From assembly GCA_934101115.1 (NCBI GenBank), contig CAKOPW010000006.1:18632-82631 (forward strand): a DNA stretch of 64,000 bases, written 5' to 3'. A program made the translations under genes and the position numbers. Below, in pieces: positions 27,960 to 38,042 of the stretch (position 1 is the first letter of the stretch; every line of letters starts with the position of its first letter). The DNA is from an uncultured Bacilli bacterium (GTDB lineage Bacteria; Bacillota_I; Bacilli_A; RF39; UBA660). The notes beneath the pieces are model-generated. The model did no database searches. It had not been told where the DNA came from and saw only the letters and a list, made by a program, of their open reading frames with translations.

Positions 27960-28842
27960 TCCTTTTCATAAAATATTCCTCTAAACTATCTAAATTAGGA
28001 TATATAGCATTTACCATAATTCCAGATTCGACTAATAATTTATTTATATTAGAAGATTCTTTTATATGAGAGTTAATCTCAATAGAATTATTATTAACTT
28101 TAATATCTTCTTTAGGAATTATATTAACCAATTTACTTAGCGCTTGTTCAGTGTCATTAACTTCAATTATTAATCTATTTTTACATTTTTCATTTAATTC
28201 CTTAGCACTTATTTCTTCTATTAATTCACCATTATTAATAATTCCATATTTAGTAACAATTTTAGATAACTCATCTAATAAATGTGATGATATTAGAAAT
28301 GTAATATTTTTTTCTTTATTAAGTTTAACGATAACATCTCTAATTTCTTTAATTCCCTCAGGATCTAATCCATTTATCGGTTCATCTAATATAAGCAATT
28401 CTGGTTCACCTAATAATGCAATTGCGATACCAAGTCTTTGTCGCATACCAAGTGAAAAATCTTTTGCTTTTCTTTTACCAGTATTATCTAGACCAACCAT
28501 ATTTAAAATTTCATTAATCTTACTTTCGTCTGCTCCATAAAGTATAGAAAATCTTTTCATATTTTCATAAGCCGAAGCATTTTTATATAATCCAGGGGAT
28601 TCAATTAAAGAACCGACTTTTAATCCAATATCATTTATACTCTTATTATCATAATAAATAACATCACCACTATCTTTAGGTGTTAATGATAATACAACTC
28701 TCATAAAAGTCGTTTTACCAGCACCATTTTTACCTATGAAACCATATATATCGCCTTTATTAATATTCATATTAATATTTTTAAGAACTGTTCTATTTCC
28801 ATATTTCTTTACAATATTTGTTGTTTTTAATATTGATTCCAT
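27949..28842 (-). CDS. ABC transporter ATP-binding protein
   Basis: Walker A GKNGAGKTT, signature FSLGMRQRL, Walker B LLILDEP. Confidence 0.9.
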   Translation of the reverse strand: MESILKTTNIVKKYGNRTVLKNINMNINKGDIYGFIGKNGAGKTTFMRVVLSLTPKDSGDVIYYDNKSINDIGLKVGSLIESPGLYKNASAYENMKRFSILYGADESKINEILNMVGLDNTGKRKAKDFSLGMRQRLGIAIALLGEPELLILDEPINGLDPEGIKEIRDVIVKLNKEKNITFLISSHLLDELSKIVTKYGIINNGELIEEISAKELNEKCKNRLIIEVNDTEQALSKLVNIIPKEDIKVNNNSIEINSHIKESSNINKLLVESGIMVNAIYPNLDSLEEYFMKRIGE

Positions 28843-28880
28843 TTCAATCTACTCCTTCTTCTTTTAATTTAAAATAATTT

Positions 28881-28898
28881 ATGATACAATTGTATCAT
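28881..28898. promoter_or_regulatory. Perfect 18-bp palindrome ATGATACAATTGTATCAT in the divergent ABC/TetR intergenic region (candidate TetR operator)
   Basis: Self-complementarity checked base by base. Confidence 0.6.
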
Positions 28899-28931
28899 GA
28901 TAAGATTATTTGTTCAATGGAGATGAGAAAA

Positions 28932-29453
28932 ATGAGACAAAAAGAAAAAAATGTATCACAAAATATAAATAATGATTCTTATGTTGCAAATAAAATAACT
29001 GAAGCTCTATTAGATTTATTGAAAAAGAATGATTTAAATAAAATTTCTATTAGTGCATTATGTGACAAGGCAGGTGTTGGAAGAGCATCATTTTATAGAA
29101 ACTTTAATAGCAAAGAAGATGTTTTAAAAAAGTATGACAAAAAATTAATAGAATTATGGGGTAAAGATTATGAAAAAAATTCTAATTCCACTATTGAAAC
29201 ACTTATACCATCACTCATATCTCACTATAAAAAACACCAAGAATTTTATAGTGTTTTATATAAAGAAAATTTATCATACATTGTACTAGATACAATTCTT
29301 TACGCATGCAAATTACAAGAAAAAAAATCCAATATTGAAGCATATGTTACTGCTTTTATTGGATATGGAATATTTGGAATTATAAATGAATGGATTGCTA
29401 GAGGTATGGTTGAAACAGAAGAAGTGTTATTAAAAATAATGCAAAAAAAATAG
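28932..29453 (+). CDS. TetR-family transcriptional regulator (ORF-track start 28881 probably too early)
   Basis: ISISALCDKAGVGRASFYRNFNSKEDVL HTH; GGAG SD before ATG at 28932. Confidence 0.8.
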   Translation: MRQKEKNVSQNINNDSYVANKITEALLDLLKKNDLNKISISALCDKAGVGRASFYRNFNSKEDVLKKYDKKLIELWGKDYEKNSNSTIETLIPSLISHYKKHQEFYSVLYKENLSYIVLDTILYACKLQEKKSNIEAYVTAFIGYGIFGIINEWIARGMVETEEVLLKIMQKK

Positions 29454-29523
29454 ACCTAAAATGTCCATTAATTTTGTATACAATTAAATTAATATAAAAT
29501 TAACTGATAAATTGTAATTTGAA

Positions 29524-30132
29524 CTATAATTTTTTCCTATAAAGTAAGCACCTTAAAGGTACTTTTTTATCTAAATCTAACTTTATATTTTCTTCTCCAA
29601 CTTTGTCAAATCCTCTATGTTCATAAAATTGATAAGTGCATTGATCATCAGTAAATAAATAAATTTCTTTTCCTTTTTCACGACTTTCTAATTCTTGTAA
29701 CAACATAGTGCCAATTCCTTTTACTTTTAAATCAGGATTAGCAGCTAAAAATCTAATTTCTCCATCTGGGGTATTTTCTTTTTTATACTCTTCTAGCATT
29801 TTCTTATTTACCTCATCATATACACCAACACTATCTTTAAAGAAATGCTTTTGTATAAAATCTATAAACTTAACATACATAGATTTTGAAAATGATTTAT
29901 GATATTTAGGTTCTCCATTTATATCCGCAATTAAAACTCCTGCTAGTTCTTCTCCATAATAAACAGCCAATACTTGTGTAGCATTTAAAAGTTCTAAATA
30001 CCAAAAATACTTACCATATAAATTAAGTATTGTTTTATTATTTATATACATATTAAAGTGCATTCCCTTAATTGCATATTGAATTACTTTTTTATAATCC
30101 TTTTCCGCTAATTCTTTTAACTCTAATTTCAA
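29524..30132 (-). CDS. GNAT-family N-acetyltransferase
   Basis: 202 aa; VKGIGTMLLQELE acetyl-CoA-binding-like motif, C-terminal YEHRGF. Confidence 0.65.
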   Translation of the reverse strand: MKLELKELAEKDYKKVIQYAIKGMHFNMYINNKTILNLYGKYFWYLELLNATQVLAVYYGEELAGVLIADINGEPKYHKSFSKSMYVKFIDFIQKHFFKDSVGVYDEVNKKMLEEYKKENTPDGEIRFLAANPDLKVKGIGTMLLQELESREKGKEIYLFTDDQCTYQFYEHRGFDKVGEENIKLDLDKKVPLRCLLYRKKL

Positions 30133-30203
30133 AGTATCATCTCACTTTCAAATTACTATTTATCTATCACTTCTATATATATATATTTATACCATATAAA
30201 TCA

Positions 30204-30626
30204 TTACTCAAAAAAATAATTTAATTCATCACTGCTTATATTAATGACATCTTTCATATAAACAATATCATTATCAGTAAATTTAATATATTCATTAACT
30301 GAATCAATTCTTTTAACAATACCAGTTTTATTTATATATTTGCCACCACTTTTCTTACTGTCATTGATAAAATAAGTTACGGTTATTTCAATGTTTTCTT
30401 TAATATGCTCATTGATATAATTTAACTTACTATTAAGCATTTCTTTTAATCCATCATCAATTTCTATTCTTTTATCTGTAAGTCTTGCTGTTTCTTTTAC
30501 GGCTTCATCATATCCTACTAAAGCTGCAAAAGGTGCAAATTGAGATGCTCTTGATTCTATACTTAAGTGTGAATGTTTTGATATAGGTCTATTCAAATTT
30601 ATAATATCATCATAGTTATTTATCAT
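30204..30626 (-). CDS. YolD-like protein
   Basis: RASQFAPFAALVGYDE motif; 4-nt overlap with the upstream Y-family polymerase, as in SPbeta uvrX-yolD. Confidence 0.65.
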   Translation of the reverse strand: MINNYDDIINLNRPISKHSHLSIESRASQFAPFAALVGYDEAVKETARLTDKRIEIDDGLKEMLNSKLNYINEHIKENIEITVTYFINDSKKSGGKYINKTGIVKRIDSVNEYIKFTDNDIVYMKDVINISSDELNYFFE

Positions 30627-32125
30627 CCTTTATGACCTCCAACTTCTTCATTTCTATCTTTTGCAGTTGCTCCTTCTTCAAAATTCATTCCTCTTAAAAT
30701 AGAATTTTTTCCGAATTTCTTTTTTATATCTAATAAAGTTTTTTGAATCTTTTTCTCATCTTCTTCATCTTTAAGATTAATTTCTTTTTGTTTATTAACA
30801 ACTTCATAATTTGTAAACAAGTCAAGTTGTTCCACCGTTGAAGTTGTTTCCTTATAATCTTCACTAACCACATTACACGCTGTTAAGTTTATTCTTCTAA
30901 CTAATAAAATTGGATTAACAATTTTATCATACAATTCAACTACTTTCTGTGTAATTAATTTTGTAGATGAAGTTCTATGATCTATATTAATAGTACCATG
31001 AGAATGTTTAGGGATTTTTCTCCCATATCCGTCAATTGTTATTTCACCATGATACTTATTTGCAATAGCTTGATTAGTTAAGTTTTCAATATCATATCCT
31101 ATCGTTAAAACAAATTGATTAGTCTTTAAATGTTTAGCAACTAAATCTAAAACTAAATTATCAACCATTTCTCTAACTATTAATTTAGTTTTTTCATAAT
31201 TATAAGGACAATGTAATACTTGACCTTGGCTAATGCTATTTGAAGCTGGCTTATAACTTTTTGCTTCTTTTATTGTACATGTTTCATATCCCCATGCATG
31301 ATCTATAAGAAATTCAGCATTGACTCCAAACAACTTAAATAGAAAATCCTCATTATTAATAGACATTCTAGCTACATCACCCATAGTAAACATACCATTT
31401 TCTTCTAACTTTTTTTGGTATCCTTTTCCAACTCTCCAAAAATCAGTTAGTGGTCTATGATTCCATAATTCCTTTTTATAAGACATTTCATCAAGTCTTG
31501 CCATTCTAACCCCAAATTCATTTGGTTTCATTTTCTTAGCAGTAATATCCATAGCAACTTTTGCTAGATACATATTTGTACCTATTCCTGCCGTTGCAGT
31601 TATACCAGTAGTTTTATACACATCCTCTATCATCTTTATGACTAATTCCTCAGCAGTCATCTTATAGAAAGTTAAATAATTAGTAATATCACAAAATACT
31701 TCATCAATAGAATAAACAAGTATATCTTCTGGAGCAATATATTTTAAATAAACATTATAAATATCCGTACTATATTTCATATATAATTTCATTCTAGGAA
31801 CAGCTTTGATAAAGTCTAGTTCAAATGAAGTATTATTATTTAATTCTGAGGCAATATACGACTTTCCAGTAAATGGTTTGTAATGATTATTTTTTCTTCT
31901 TTGATAATTAACTTCCTTTACTTTTTGTTTTGCCTCAAATAATCTACATCTTCCAGATAATCCATAAGACTTTAGTGATGGTGATACAGCAAGACAAATA
32001 GTTTTATCAGTTCTTGATTCATCGGCTACTACTAAATTTGTATCAAGTGGATCAAGTCCTCTTTCTCTGCATTCAACTGAAGCATAAAAACTTTTTAAAT
32101 CAATACACATATATATTTTATCCAC
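30623..32125 (-). CDS. Y-family (DinB/UmuC/UvrX-like) translesion DNA polymerase
   Basis: MCIDLKSFYASVECRERGLDP, SIDEVFCDIT, GIGTNMYLAKVA. Confidence 0.9.
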   Translation of the reverse strand: MDKIYMCIDLKSFYASVECRERGLDPLDTNLVVADESRTDKTICLAVSPSLKSYGLSGRCRLFEAKQKVKEVNYQRRKNNHYKPFTGKSYIASELNNNTSFELDFIKAVPRMKLYMKYSTDIYNVYLKYIAPEDILVYSIDEVFCDITNYLTFYKMTAEELVIKMIEDVYKTTGITATAGIGTNMYLAKVAMDITAKKMKPNEFGVRMARLDEMSYKKELWNHRPLTDFWRVGKGYQKKLEENGMFTMGDVARMSINNEDFLFKLFGVNAEFLIDHAWGYETCTIKEAKSYKPASNSISQGQVLHCPYNYEKTKLIVREMVDNLVLDLVAKHLKTNQFVLTIGYDIENLTNQAIANKYHGEITIDGYGRKIPKHSHGTINIDHRTSSTKLITQKVVELYDKIVNPILLVRRINLTACNVVSEDYKETTSTVEQLDLFTNYEVVNKQKEINLKDEEDEKKIQKTLLDIKKKFGKNSILRGMNFEEGATAKDRNEEVGGHKG

Positions 32126-32194
32126 TATATCACCACCAGTCTCGTTTAATGAATCTATATATATTATTATACCATGAAAAGCATATATTATTTT

Positions 32195-32908
32195 TTAAAC
32201 ATCTATGTAATCATTCTCTTTTACACACTCTGGAGCGATTGTATCAACTATCTCTCCATTTATTTTTCTTAGTATATGAGTCCCATCATAATCTTCATCT
32301 TCATACTCCCAATAAAATTCATCATCTTCACAAAGTTCGCTATATTTTTCAACAATTCCTGTTGGTACACTCCATGCGGTTTGAAAGGATATATCATATT
32401 CATCAATATTTTTATCATAAACAACATCAATGTCATCCTCAACATTCCACTTAGTACCCCAGTTTTCTACACACCAATCATACCACTGAGGAAAATTGTA
32501 ATTCTTAATATTTTCTATGTACTGTTTACCTAACTCATTTATACTGTTGAATTGTTTTTCTTTATCAAAATCAAATAGTCCATTAAAATTATTTATTTTA
32601 TCATTTAATTTTTTAGGATTATTTTCAAGTTCTTTTATATCACCATTATATTTGTTCCAATAATTATGACAATAAGATGCTTCCTTGCTTTTGAGTAAAT
32701 TCATCAATTTATATTTTTCATCATCATCTAAAGATAAATAATAACAAGCAATAGAATCTCCTTCAATACTACCAGCATCTAGTTTTAAGTCATCTGGCAT
32801 AGGTATCAACTTATTAAAGTCAAAAGAATATCCATTTTCTGTTATGGTTAATATTTTATCTCCTATTGATTTTTTACATTTAATTCTGTTATATGTCCAA
32901 TTTGGCAT
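32195..32908 (-). CDS. Hypothetical conserved plasmid/ICE protein (237 aa, MPNWTYNRIKC start)
   Basis: The N-terminal MPNW.YNR motif is one I recall from plasmid-borne DUF-type proteins; not verified. Confidence 0.4.
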   Translation of the reverse strand: MPNWTYNRIKCKKSIGDKILTITENGYSFDFNKLIPMPDDLKLDAGSIEGDSIACYYLSLDDDEKYKLMNLLKSKEASYCHNYWNKYNGDIKELENNPKKLNDKINNFNGLFDFDKEKQFNSINELGKQYIENIKNYNFPQWYDWCVENWGTKWNVEDDIDVVYDKNIDEYDISFQTAWSVPTGIVEKYSELCEDDEFYWEYEDEDYDGTHILRKINGEIVDTIAPECVKENDYIDV

Positions 32909-32925
32909 TACATCATTCCCTTTCT

Positions 32926-34242
32926 TTAATATTTTTTAGAATATGAATTATCAGTTTGAAACAATTTACTAAATTCTTTTTGTGCCTCTTCCATTTCAGC
33001 ATTGATACTTTTTACAGCATTTATAATTTTATATTTATTTTGGTATTTTAACTTAGGAACAGTATTTGTTAAATAATTACTAAGTATCGTGTATCTATTT
33101 TGATTCTTATTTTTCTTATACTCTTTTAAGATTATTTCTCGCAATATATCATCTGGATTTAATGTTTTATATTTTTTTGAATTACTTTTAAACATATAAT
33201 CTGCATGATTAACAATTGCATTATAAATATAATTATCTATGTAATTTTTCTTACTTTCTGTTAAAGTTTTATCTACATTTATTTTTGAAATATTATTATC
33301 TTCATTAACTTTATATAAATATCCATTTATATTATTAATAGATTCTGTAAAATTTATATAATCATCATAAAATTCAGATTTAGAACAAAATAAATATTTT
33401 TTTATTCGTTTAGTTAAATCTTTAATTTCTTTATCTTTGATAGAATTAAACTTAATTCTTTTAGAGTTATTATTTCTTTCATCATAAAGTAATTTACCCA
33501 AAGTAAGAATATCATCTTCAAGTAAAATATCTTTTTTATCATAGAGTATAAAATTCTTTTCCTTTGGATTAAAATATTTTTTTAATTTATCAATTTCGTC
33601 ATTAGTTATTGTTATCATTGGATTGAGATATTTTTTTCTTTCAACAGCAAAAACTACTTCATTTTTCATAAAGTTTATTTCTTCTTGTGTAAGTTTACCT
33701 TTTCTTCTATAACCCAATTTATTATTAGACAAAATGTAATTTGGTTTCTTTTCTATAAAGCTAACATGAGCATGTAAATTATCAGTATCTGTATGAAAAG
33801 ACAAATTATAGGCCATATTCTTTTTATCTTTAAATCCCATCTTTTTAAAGAATCTTGGAAGAACATTCTTTATAAGTTCTTGTTCTAAATCTTGTAATGA
33901 TATATTTTCATTTAAATAATCATTATTAAAACTAATTACACATTGCCACAAATTAGAGTCTTCAGCATACTTTACAAAGCGTTTTTTTCTTTTTTCTATT
34001 TCTTCTTTTGTAGCATAACTACCATCTTCAATGACTAAATTCATTCTTTCATTTTTGTTAAGTTCTCCAGTATAATAATCAAACAGATTCATTACTCTTT
34101 TATCTTCATTTGAAAAATAATCAAATTTACGAGCTATCTTCTTTTTTAATCCCTCTATTTGTTTAGCAGTATAATTTTCTTCCCTACGATTAAATGCATG
34201 AGTAAATTTACAATTAAATATAACCTTAGGACTAGTCATCAA
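32926..34242 (-). CDS. Relaxase (MobA/VirD2-type relaxase/mobilisation nuclease domain)
   Basis: SFHTDTDNLHAHVSFIE matches the HxDxD(x)nHxH histidine triad of PF03432-type relaxases. Confidence 0.65.
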   Translation of the reverse strand: MMTSPKVIFNCKFTHAFNRREENYTAKQIEGLKKKIARKFDYFSNEDKRVMNLFDYYTGELNKNERMNLVIEDGSYATKEEIEKRKKRFVKYAEDSNLWQCVISFNNDYLNENISLQDLEQELIKNVLPRFFKKMGFKDKKNMAYNLSFHTDTDNLHAHVSFIEKKPNYILSNNKLGYRRKGKLTQEEINFMKNEVVFAVERKKYLNPMITITNDEIDKLKKYFNPKEKNFILYDKKDILLEDDILTLGKLLYDERNNNSKRIKFNSIKDKEIKDLTKRIKKYLFCSKSEFYDDYINFTESINNINGYLYKVNEDNNISKINVDKTLTESKKNYIDNYIYNAIVNHADYMFKSNSKKYKTLNPDDILREIILKEYKKNKNQNRYTILSNYLTNTVPKLKYQNKYKIINAVKSINAEMEEAQKEFSKLFQTDNSYSKKY

Positions 34243-34561
34243 ATTTATCTCTTTTCATTTTCTTCATAAACTCATTAACTGCATAACTTCTATTAGGATC
34301 TTTGATATTAGAAAAATCCATATCAGAATATATCTGCTTAACTAGTTCAAATAATATATTCATTTTTCTAGCAACAAATTTCATATCCGAATCTAAAGAT
34401 ATTAATAATTTTTCTAATTCTTCTTTTTGCTTAAAATATTCATTAATTATAAAATTAAGTTCATCAGAATATGACCTTTTACTTTTTTTTAATGACATTT
34501 TAATTTTGTTATCTAAATCAGGAGAGATTGAAAAATGTTTATCAATCTTTCTCATTTTCAA
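34232..34561 (-). CDS. Hypothetical small protein, possible relaxosome accessory factor
   Basis: 109 aa; directly upstream of and overlapping the relaxase gene. Confidence 0.35.
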   Translation of the reverse strand: MKMRKIDKHFSISPDLDNKIKMSLKKSKRSYSDELNFIINEYFKQKEELEKLLISLDSDMKFVARKMNILFELVKQIYSDMDFSNIKDPNRSYAVNEFMKKMKRDKFDD

Positions 34562-34937
34562 TCTCCTGTAATCTTTTTAAAACACATCTTAACAATTGTA
34601 ATTTAAACTTATCAACTTGTTCTTCTTTAATTTCTTTCTTCTTAGAGCAATAAGGTTCATATTCTGGTAAGAAATATTTTATACCAAACTTTTTATAATT
34701 TTTAACCCATGATGATATTCTTCTATAAGGAAGATTATCATGTAATATACTTGTATCAAATCCAGCTCTTTCAAAAATTTGTTTACCTGTTAATTCTGGT
34801 AAATCCAATCTCATCATTACACACCACAATTTAAAAATCGTATCATATACAATTTCCCTTTTATATCTTACTTCTTTAACAAAGATATTATCATTAAGAA
34901 TCTTTAATTCTTCATCTGTATAATATCTCAGTTTCAT
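34542..34937 (-). CDS. Hypothetical protein (131 aa)
   Basis: ORF in operon. Confidence 0.4.
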   Translation of the reverse strand: MKLRYYTDEELKILNDNIFVKEVRYKREIVYDTIFKLWCVMMRLDLPELTGKQIFERAGFDTSILHDNLPYRRISSWVKNYKKFGIKYFLPEYEPYCSKKKEIKEEQVDKFKLQLLRCVLKRLQEIENEKD

Positions 34938-35356
34938 AAATCAATCTCCATCTTTTTATGATTCCTTATTTTTTCTTTGGTAAGATTTTTAAGAGAATCA
35001 TCAAGAATAACATCTTCTGCAATTTCTCGTATATCCTCTAAAACAAATCTATCTTTCTCACCTAAGTCATCAATTATATCAGCAACATACTTTTCTGTTG
35101 CATCCATTAAATTACCCCAATAAAAAACCATATCAAATTCTCTTTTGTTTTTATCGTAATGTAAATCAGCAACATTTTCATTATTACTGATATCATTACA
35201 TATTTCTTCTAAATGATTATATATATATTTTTTTGATTCTTCATCAAAATCATCAATGTAGCTGTCCAAACAAACAATATAATTAAAATTACTTGTTTGA
35301 TCCATTCCATAGTTGACTATATCATTTGCAATTAACTTGCATATTGTCATCTTCAT
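34934..35356 (-). CDS. Hypothetical acidic protein (140 aa)
   Basis: ORF in operon, GGAGGA SD. Confidence 0.4.
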   Translation of the reverse strand: MKMTICKLIANDIVNYGMDQTSNFNYIVCLDSYIDDFDEESKKYIYNHLEEICNDISNNENVADLHYDKNKREFDMVFYWGNLMDATEKYVADIIDDLGEKDRFVLEDIREIAEDVILDDSLKNLTKEKIRNHKKMEIDL

Positions 35357-35530
35357 TTTTTATCATTCCTCCTTTAAAATATAAAATTAATCCAAGTTCA
35401 ATTAATTTTATAACCATTTTATTTATGCTTATTCCTTCTTGTTTAGCAAGTAGTCTTATTTGATCCTTTAAGTCTTTCAAACATCTTATAAATATAGTTA
35501 CAATTATTTAAACCACCTCTTTCTTCCATA

Positions 35531-35558
35531 AAAAAATTAGTTATATTTCAAACTAATT
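35531..35558 (-). terminator. Intrinsic terminator after the SWIM-protein gene (its 20-nt core is repeated at 27192-27211)
   Basis: Stem attagtt / aactaat plus U7 on the minus strand. Confidence 0.6.
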
Positions 35559-35567
35559 TTCACACAT

Positions 35568-36605
35568 TTAATTATTATCTAAAAAACATTTAATTTCTTT
35601 CGTCAATTTTTCATCTTCCGAATCTTCAAGCACTGTCCAATTACATCTGCCCTTAAAATCTAAAATAGGTACAAGTTCAATTTCTCCATAATTATTGATA
35701 ATTTCTAAATTTTGCTCTACTACTCCCAAACATAAGAAATAATCAAATTCCATAACTCTTTCAAGTAAGCTTTTATCTGGATTCTTGTACATAATTTTAT
35801 AGAATCTTTTTTCCTCTTTATTTCTTATAGAAAGTAATACAGAATAAATATGCTTACAATAAAATTCACATGGACAAGAACAATAAACTTGCATTTTTTT
35901 GTTTTCCTCAATCTCCGTATATTTTATTATAACTAAATATTTTTCAGTTCCATTAACAATTGCAAAATATCTATCATCTATTTTTTCTAAAAATTCAATT
36001 CTAGATTCTTCGTAATATTTTTTCCCTCTTTGAATAATCTGATAACTAAAAATCTTATCAATATCATCATTAAAGAGATCAAATTCAAATTCCTTTTTAT
36101 ATTCGTACTTTTCTGTAATCTTAGTTAATTTTGCAACAAGTTCAAATAAGAACCCTTCAAATTTTTTTGGCATATTTCTAAATATAAAACACAATAAATC
36201 AAATAAATGAGCCAATGATGTAGGTAAATACTTTTTGAAGCATACATCAATCTCACTATCTACTTTAGTACTAAGATGTGCTTTTAGTTCTACAATATCC
36301 TCATCGTTTACCAATGAATCTTTATATTCAGAACTAACTATAAATTTTGAAAACGCTTCCTTAATTGACTCTATACTTTCAACAGGAATAGATGAACAAG
36401 AGATATATTTTTCAATTTTATCATCTATTATTAATGATAAATCAAACCAATATAATCTATAATATTTCATTTTTTTATTAAATGTTAAAATAATATATAT
36501 ATTATAACTTTCATAATTTTTTAAACTTAATTCTAAAAATATATAATCTTTTTTAAAATACTTTTTAATTAATTTAATCTTTTCATTATTGGTATATTTA
36601 TCCAT
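35568..36605 (-). CDS. SWIM zinc-finger domain protein
   Basis: CSCPCEFYCKHIYSVL fits the CxCxnCxH SWIM signature. Confidence 0.5.
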   Translation of the reverse strand: MDKYTNNEKIKLIKKYFKKDYIFLELSLKNYESYNIYIILTFNKKMKYYRLYWFDLSLIIDDKIEKYISCSSIPVESIESIKEAFSKFIVSSEYKDSLVNDEDIVELKAHLSTKVDSEIDVCFKKYLPTSLAHLFDLLCFIFRNMPKKFEGFLFELVAKLTKITEKYEYKKEFEFDLFNDDIDKIFSYQIIQRGKKYYEESRIEFLEKIDDRYFAIVNGTEKYLVIIKYTEIEENKKMQVYCSCPCEFYCKHIYSVLLSIRNKEEKRFYKIMYKNPDKSLLERVMEFDYFLCLGVVEQNLEIINNYGEIELVPILDFKGRCNWTVLEDSEDEKLTKEIKCFLDNN

Positions 36606-36695
36606 TTTCTAACACCCACTCACTGCATACTATATACTATATTATATCATAAAACTGGTAGATTTTAATGTAATTATAGAAAGCAGGATAAAGGG

Positions 36696-36754
36696 AATGA
36701 TAGCACAGCCCTAGTTTATTCCATATAAATAAACGGATTATAGTGCTATCATTT
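36696..36754. repeat. 11-bp perfect inverted repeat (aatgatagcac / gtgctatcatt) with a 37-nt spacer, followed by palindrome tttttgca-ct-tgcaaaaa at ~36757-36775
   Basis: Read directly; lies in a 218-bp intergenic gap inside the conjugation operon. Confidence 0.7.
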
Positions 36755-36823
36755 CACTTTTTGCACTTGCAAAAATGAGTTAAAAATATGTAAGAACTCT
36801 TCCATACTTTTGATTTAACCCTT

Positions 36824-37756
36824 TTAATTAAAGGGATTGTGAGGTTCATTTTCACTTCCAAGTGTTGGATATGTACTAGGTAATGTTGGATGAATCTTGG
36901 ATGTTTCATTTTCCTTATTAAAATCTACTAAACTAAGGCCATCAATTACTTTTCCATTTTCAGAAACTTGATAATGTAAATGATTACCAGTTGAATATCC
37001 TGTTGTTCCCACACTAGCTATTTGTTGCCAACTTGAAACTTTATCACCTATTTTAACTTTAGATGAACTAGGATATAAATGACCATATAATACGATATAT
37101 TCAATATCATCTACCATACATTTTAATTTAATATAATTACCTGCTCCTCCATTAGTATCTATAGTATTTGTAGAATATTTAAACGACACATCAGTAATCT
37201 CACCATCACAAGTTGAATATACAGGTGTTTCTGCTGATGCTCCAAAATCCCATGCTGAATGAGTATTAGGAGTGCCATAAACAATTCGTTCTTCCATAAA
37301 ATAACTTGTAACAGATAAATTAGAAAAATCTAGTGGCGAATTAAAAGGCTTATTTTGTATTTCATTTATTTGGCCAGAATCTTTAATTTCTTCACTATTA
37401 CATACAGAATATATTTTATATCTATCCATTTTGCATACTTCTGAAATAGGTTTGACTTGTTTTAAATCTATATCTAAATTATCTGTGTATATTTGATCAA
37501 AAGTCAAATTATCATTTTCTAAATAAAAATACAAAATTCTATCAAGAGATACATAACCATTATCATTCATTATGTTTTTCCTAACAACAGCTTTATACAT
37601 ATCAGCATATTGGCTATTATTTTCTACATAACCATCAGTTATGTTTGCACCAAAAAAGTCCAGTAACATAAGAACAGGGATTAGTATTACTAACCCCATT
37701 CCTATCATACCAATAGAAGAAGATATAATTAATTTAAATATCTTGCTCTTTTTCAT
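36824..37756 (-). CDS. Membrane-anchored M23 peptidoglycan hydrolase (conjugation-associated)
   Basis: N-terminal TM; HSAWDFGA (HxxxD) and GNHLHYQV (HxH). Confidence 0.85.
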   Translation of the reverse strand: MKKSKIFKLIISSSIGMIGMGLVILIPVLMLLDFFGANITDGYVENNSQYADMYKAVVRKNIMNDNGYVSLDRILYFYLENDNLTFDQIYTDNLDIDLKQVKPISEVCKMDRYKIYSVCNSEEIKDSGQINEIQNKPFNSPLDFSNLSVTSYFMEERIVYGTPNTHSAWDFGASAETPVYSTCDGEITDVSFKYSTNTIDTNGGAGNYIKLKCMVDDIEYIVLYGHLYPSSSKVKIGDKVSSWQQIASVGTTGYSTGNHLHYQVSENGKVIDGLSLVDFNKENETSKIHPTLPSTYPTLGSENEPHNPFN

Positions 37757-38042
37757 GTTTCTTTTCCCTAAAATGATTACAATAGATATTTAAATCACAA
37801 GCAAGATCTATAAAGAAATTTAATCTTTCTTTTTCTTCTTTATTCTCTATGTTTCCATAAAGTAGTATATCATTCACTGCTGTTCCAACTTCCATAGCAA
37901 CATTCGTTGGCTTGTTTGATAAAATATAATCATAATTTTTATAACAATTTTCTTCTGTACCATATACATCTTCAAATTCAAATGCTAAATGTTGTTTAGA
38001 AAATTTAATCAATTCATTACACAATTCATCTTTGCTCTTCAT
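37734..38042 (-). CDS. Hypothetical protein (102 aa)
   Basis: ORF in operon. Confidence 0.4.
   Translation of the reverse strand: MKSKDELCNELIKFSKQHLAFEFEDVYGTEENCYKNYDYILSNKPTNVAMEVGTAVNDILLYGNIENKEEKERLNFFIDLACDLNIYCNHFREKKHEKEQDI

Noticed and set aside
35357-35567. Possible frameshifted ribbon-helix-helix (CopG-like) gene (…LKDLKDQIRLLAKQEGISINKMVIKLIELGL) upstream of the 140-aa ORF
   Set aside because: The RHH-like frame has no usable start or SD. It would need a frameshift from a 27-aa ATG-initiated ORF (MEERGGLNN...). This is too speculative to call as a feature; it may be a decayed relaxosome accessory gene.
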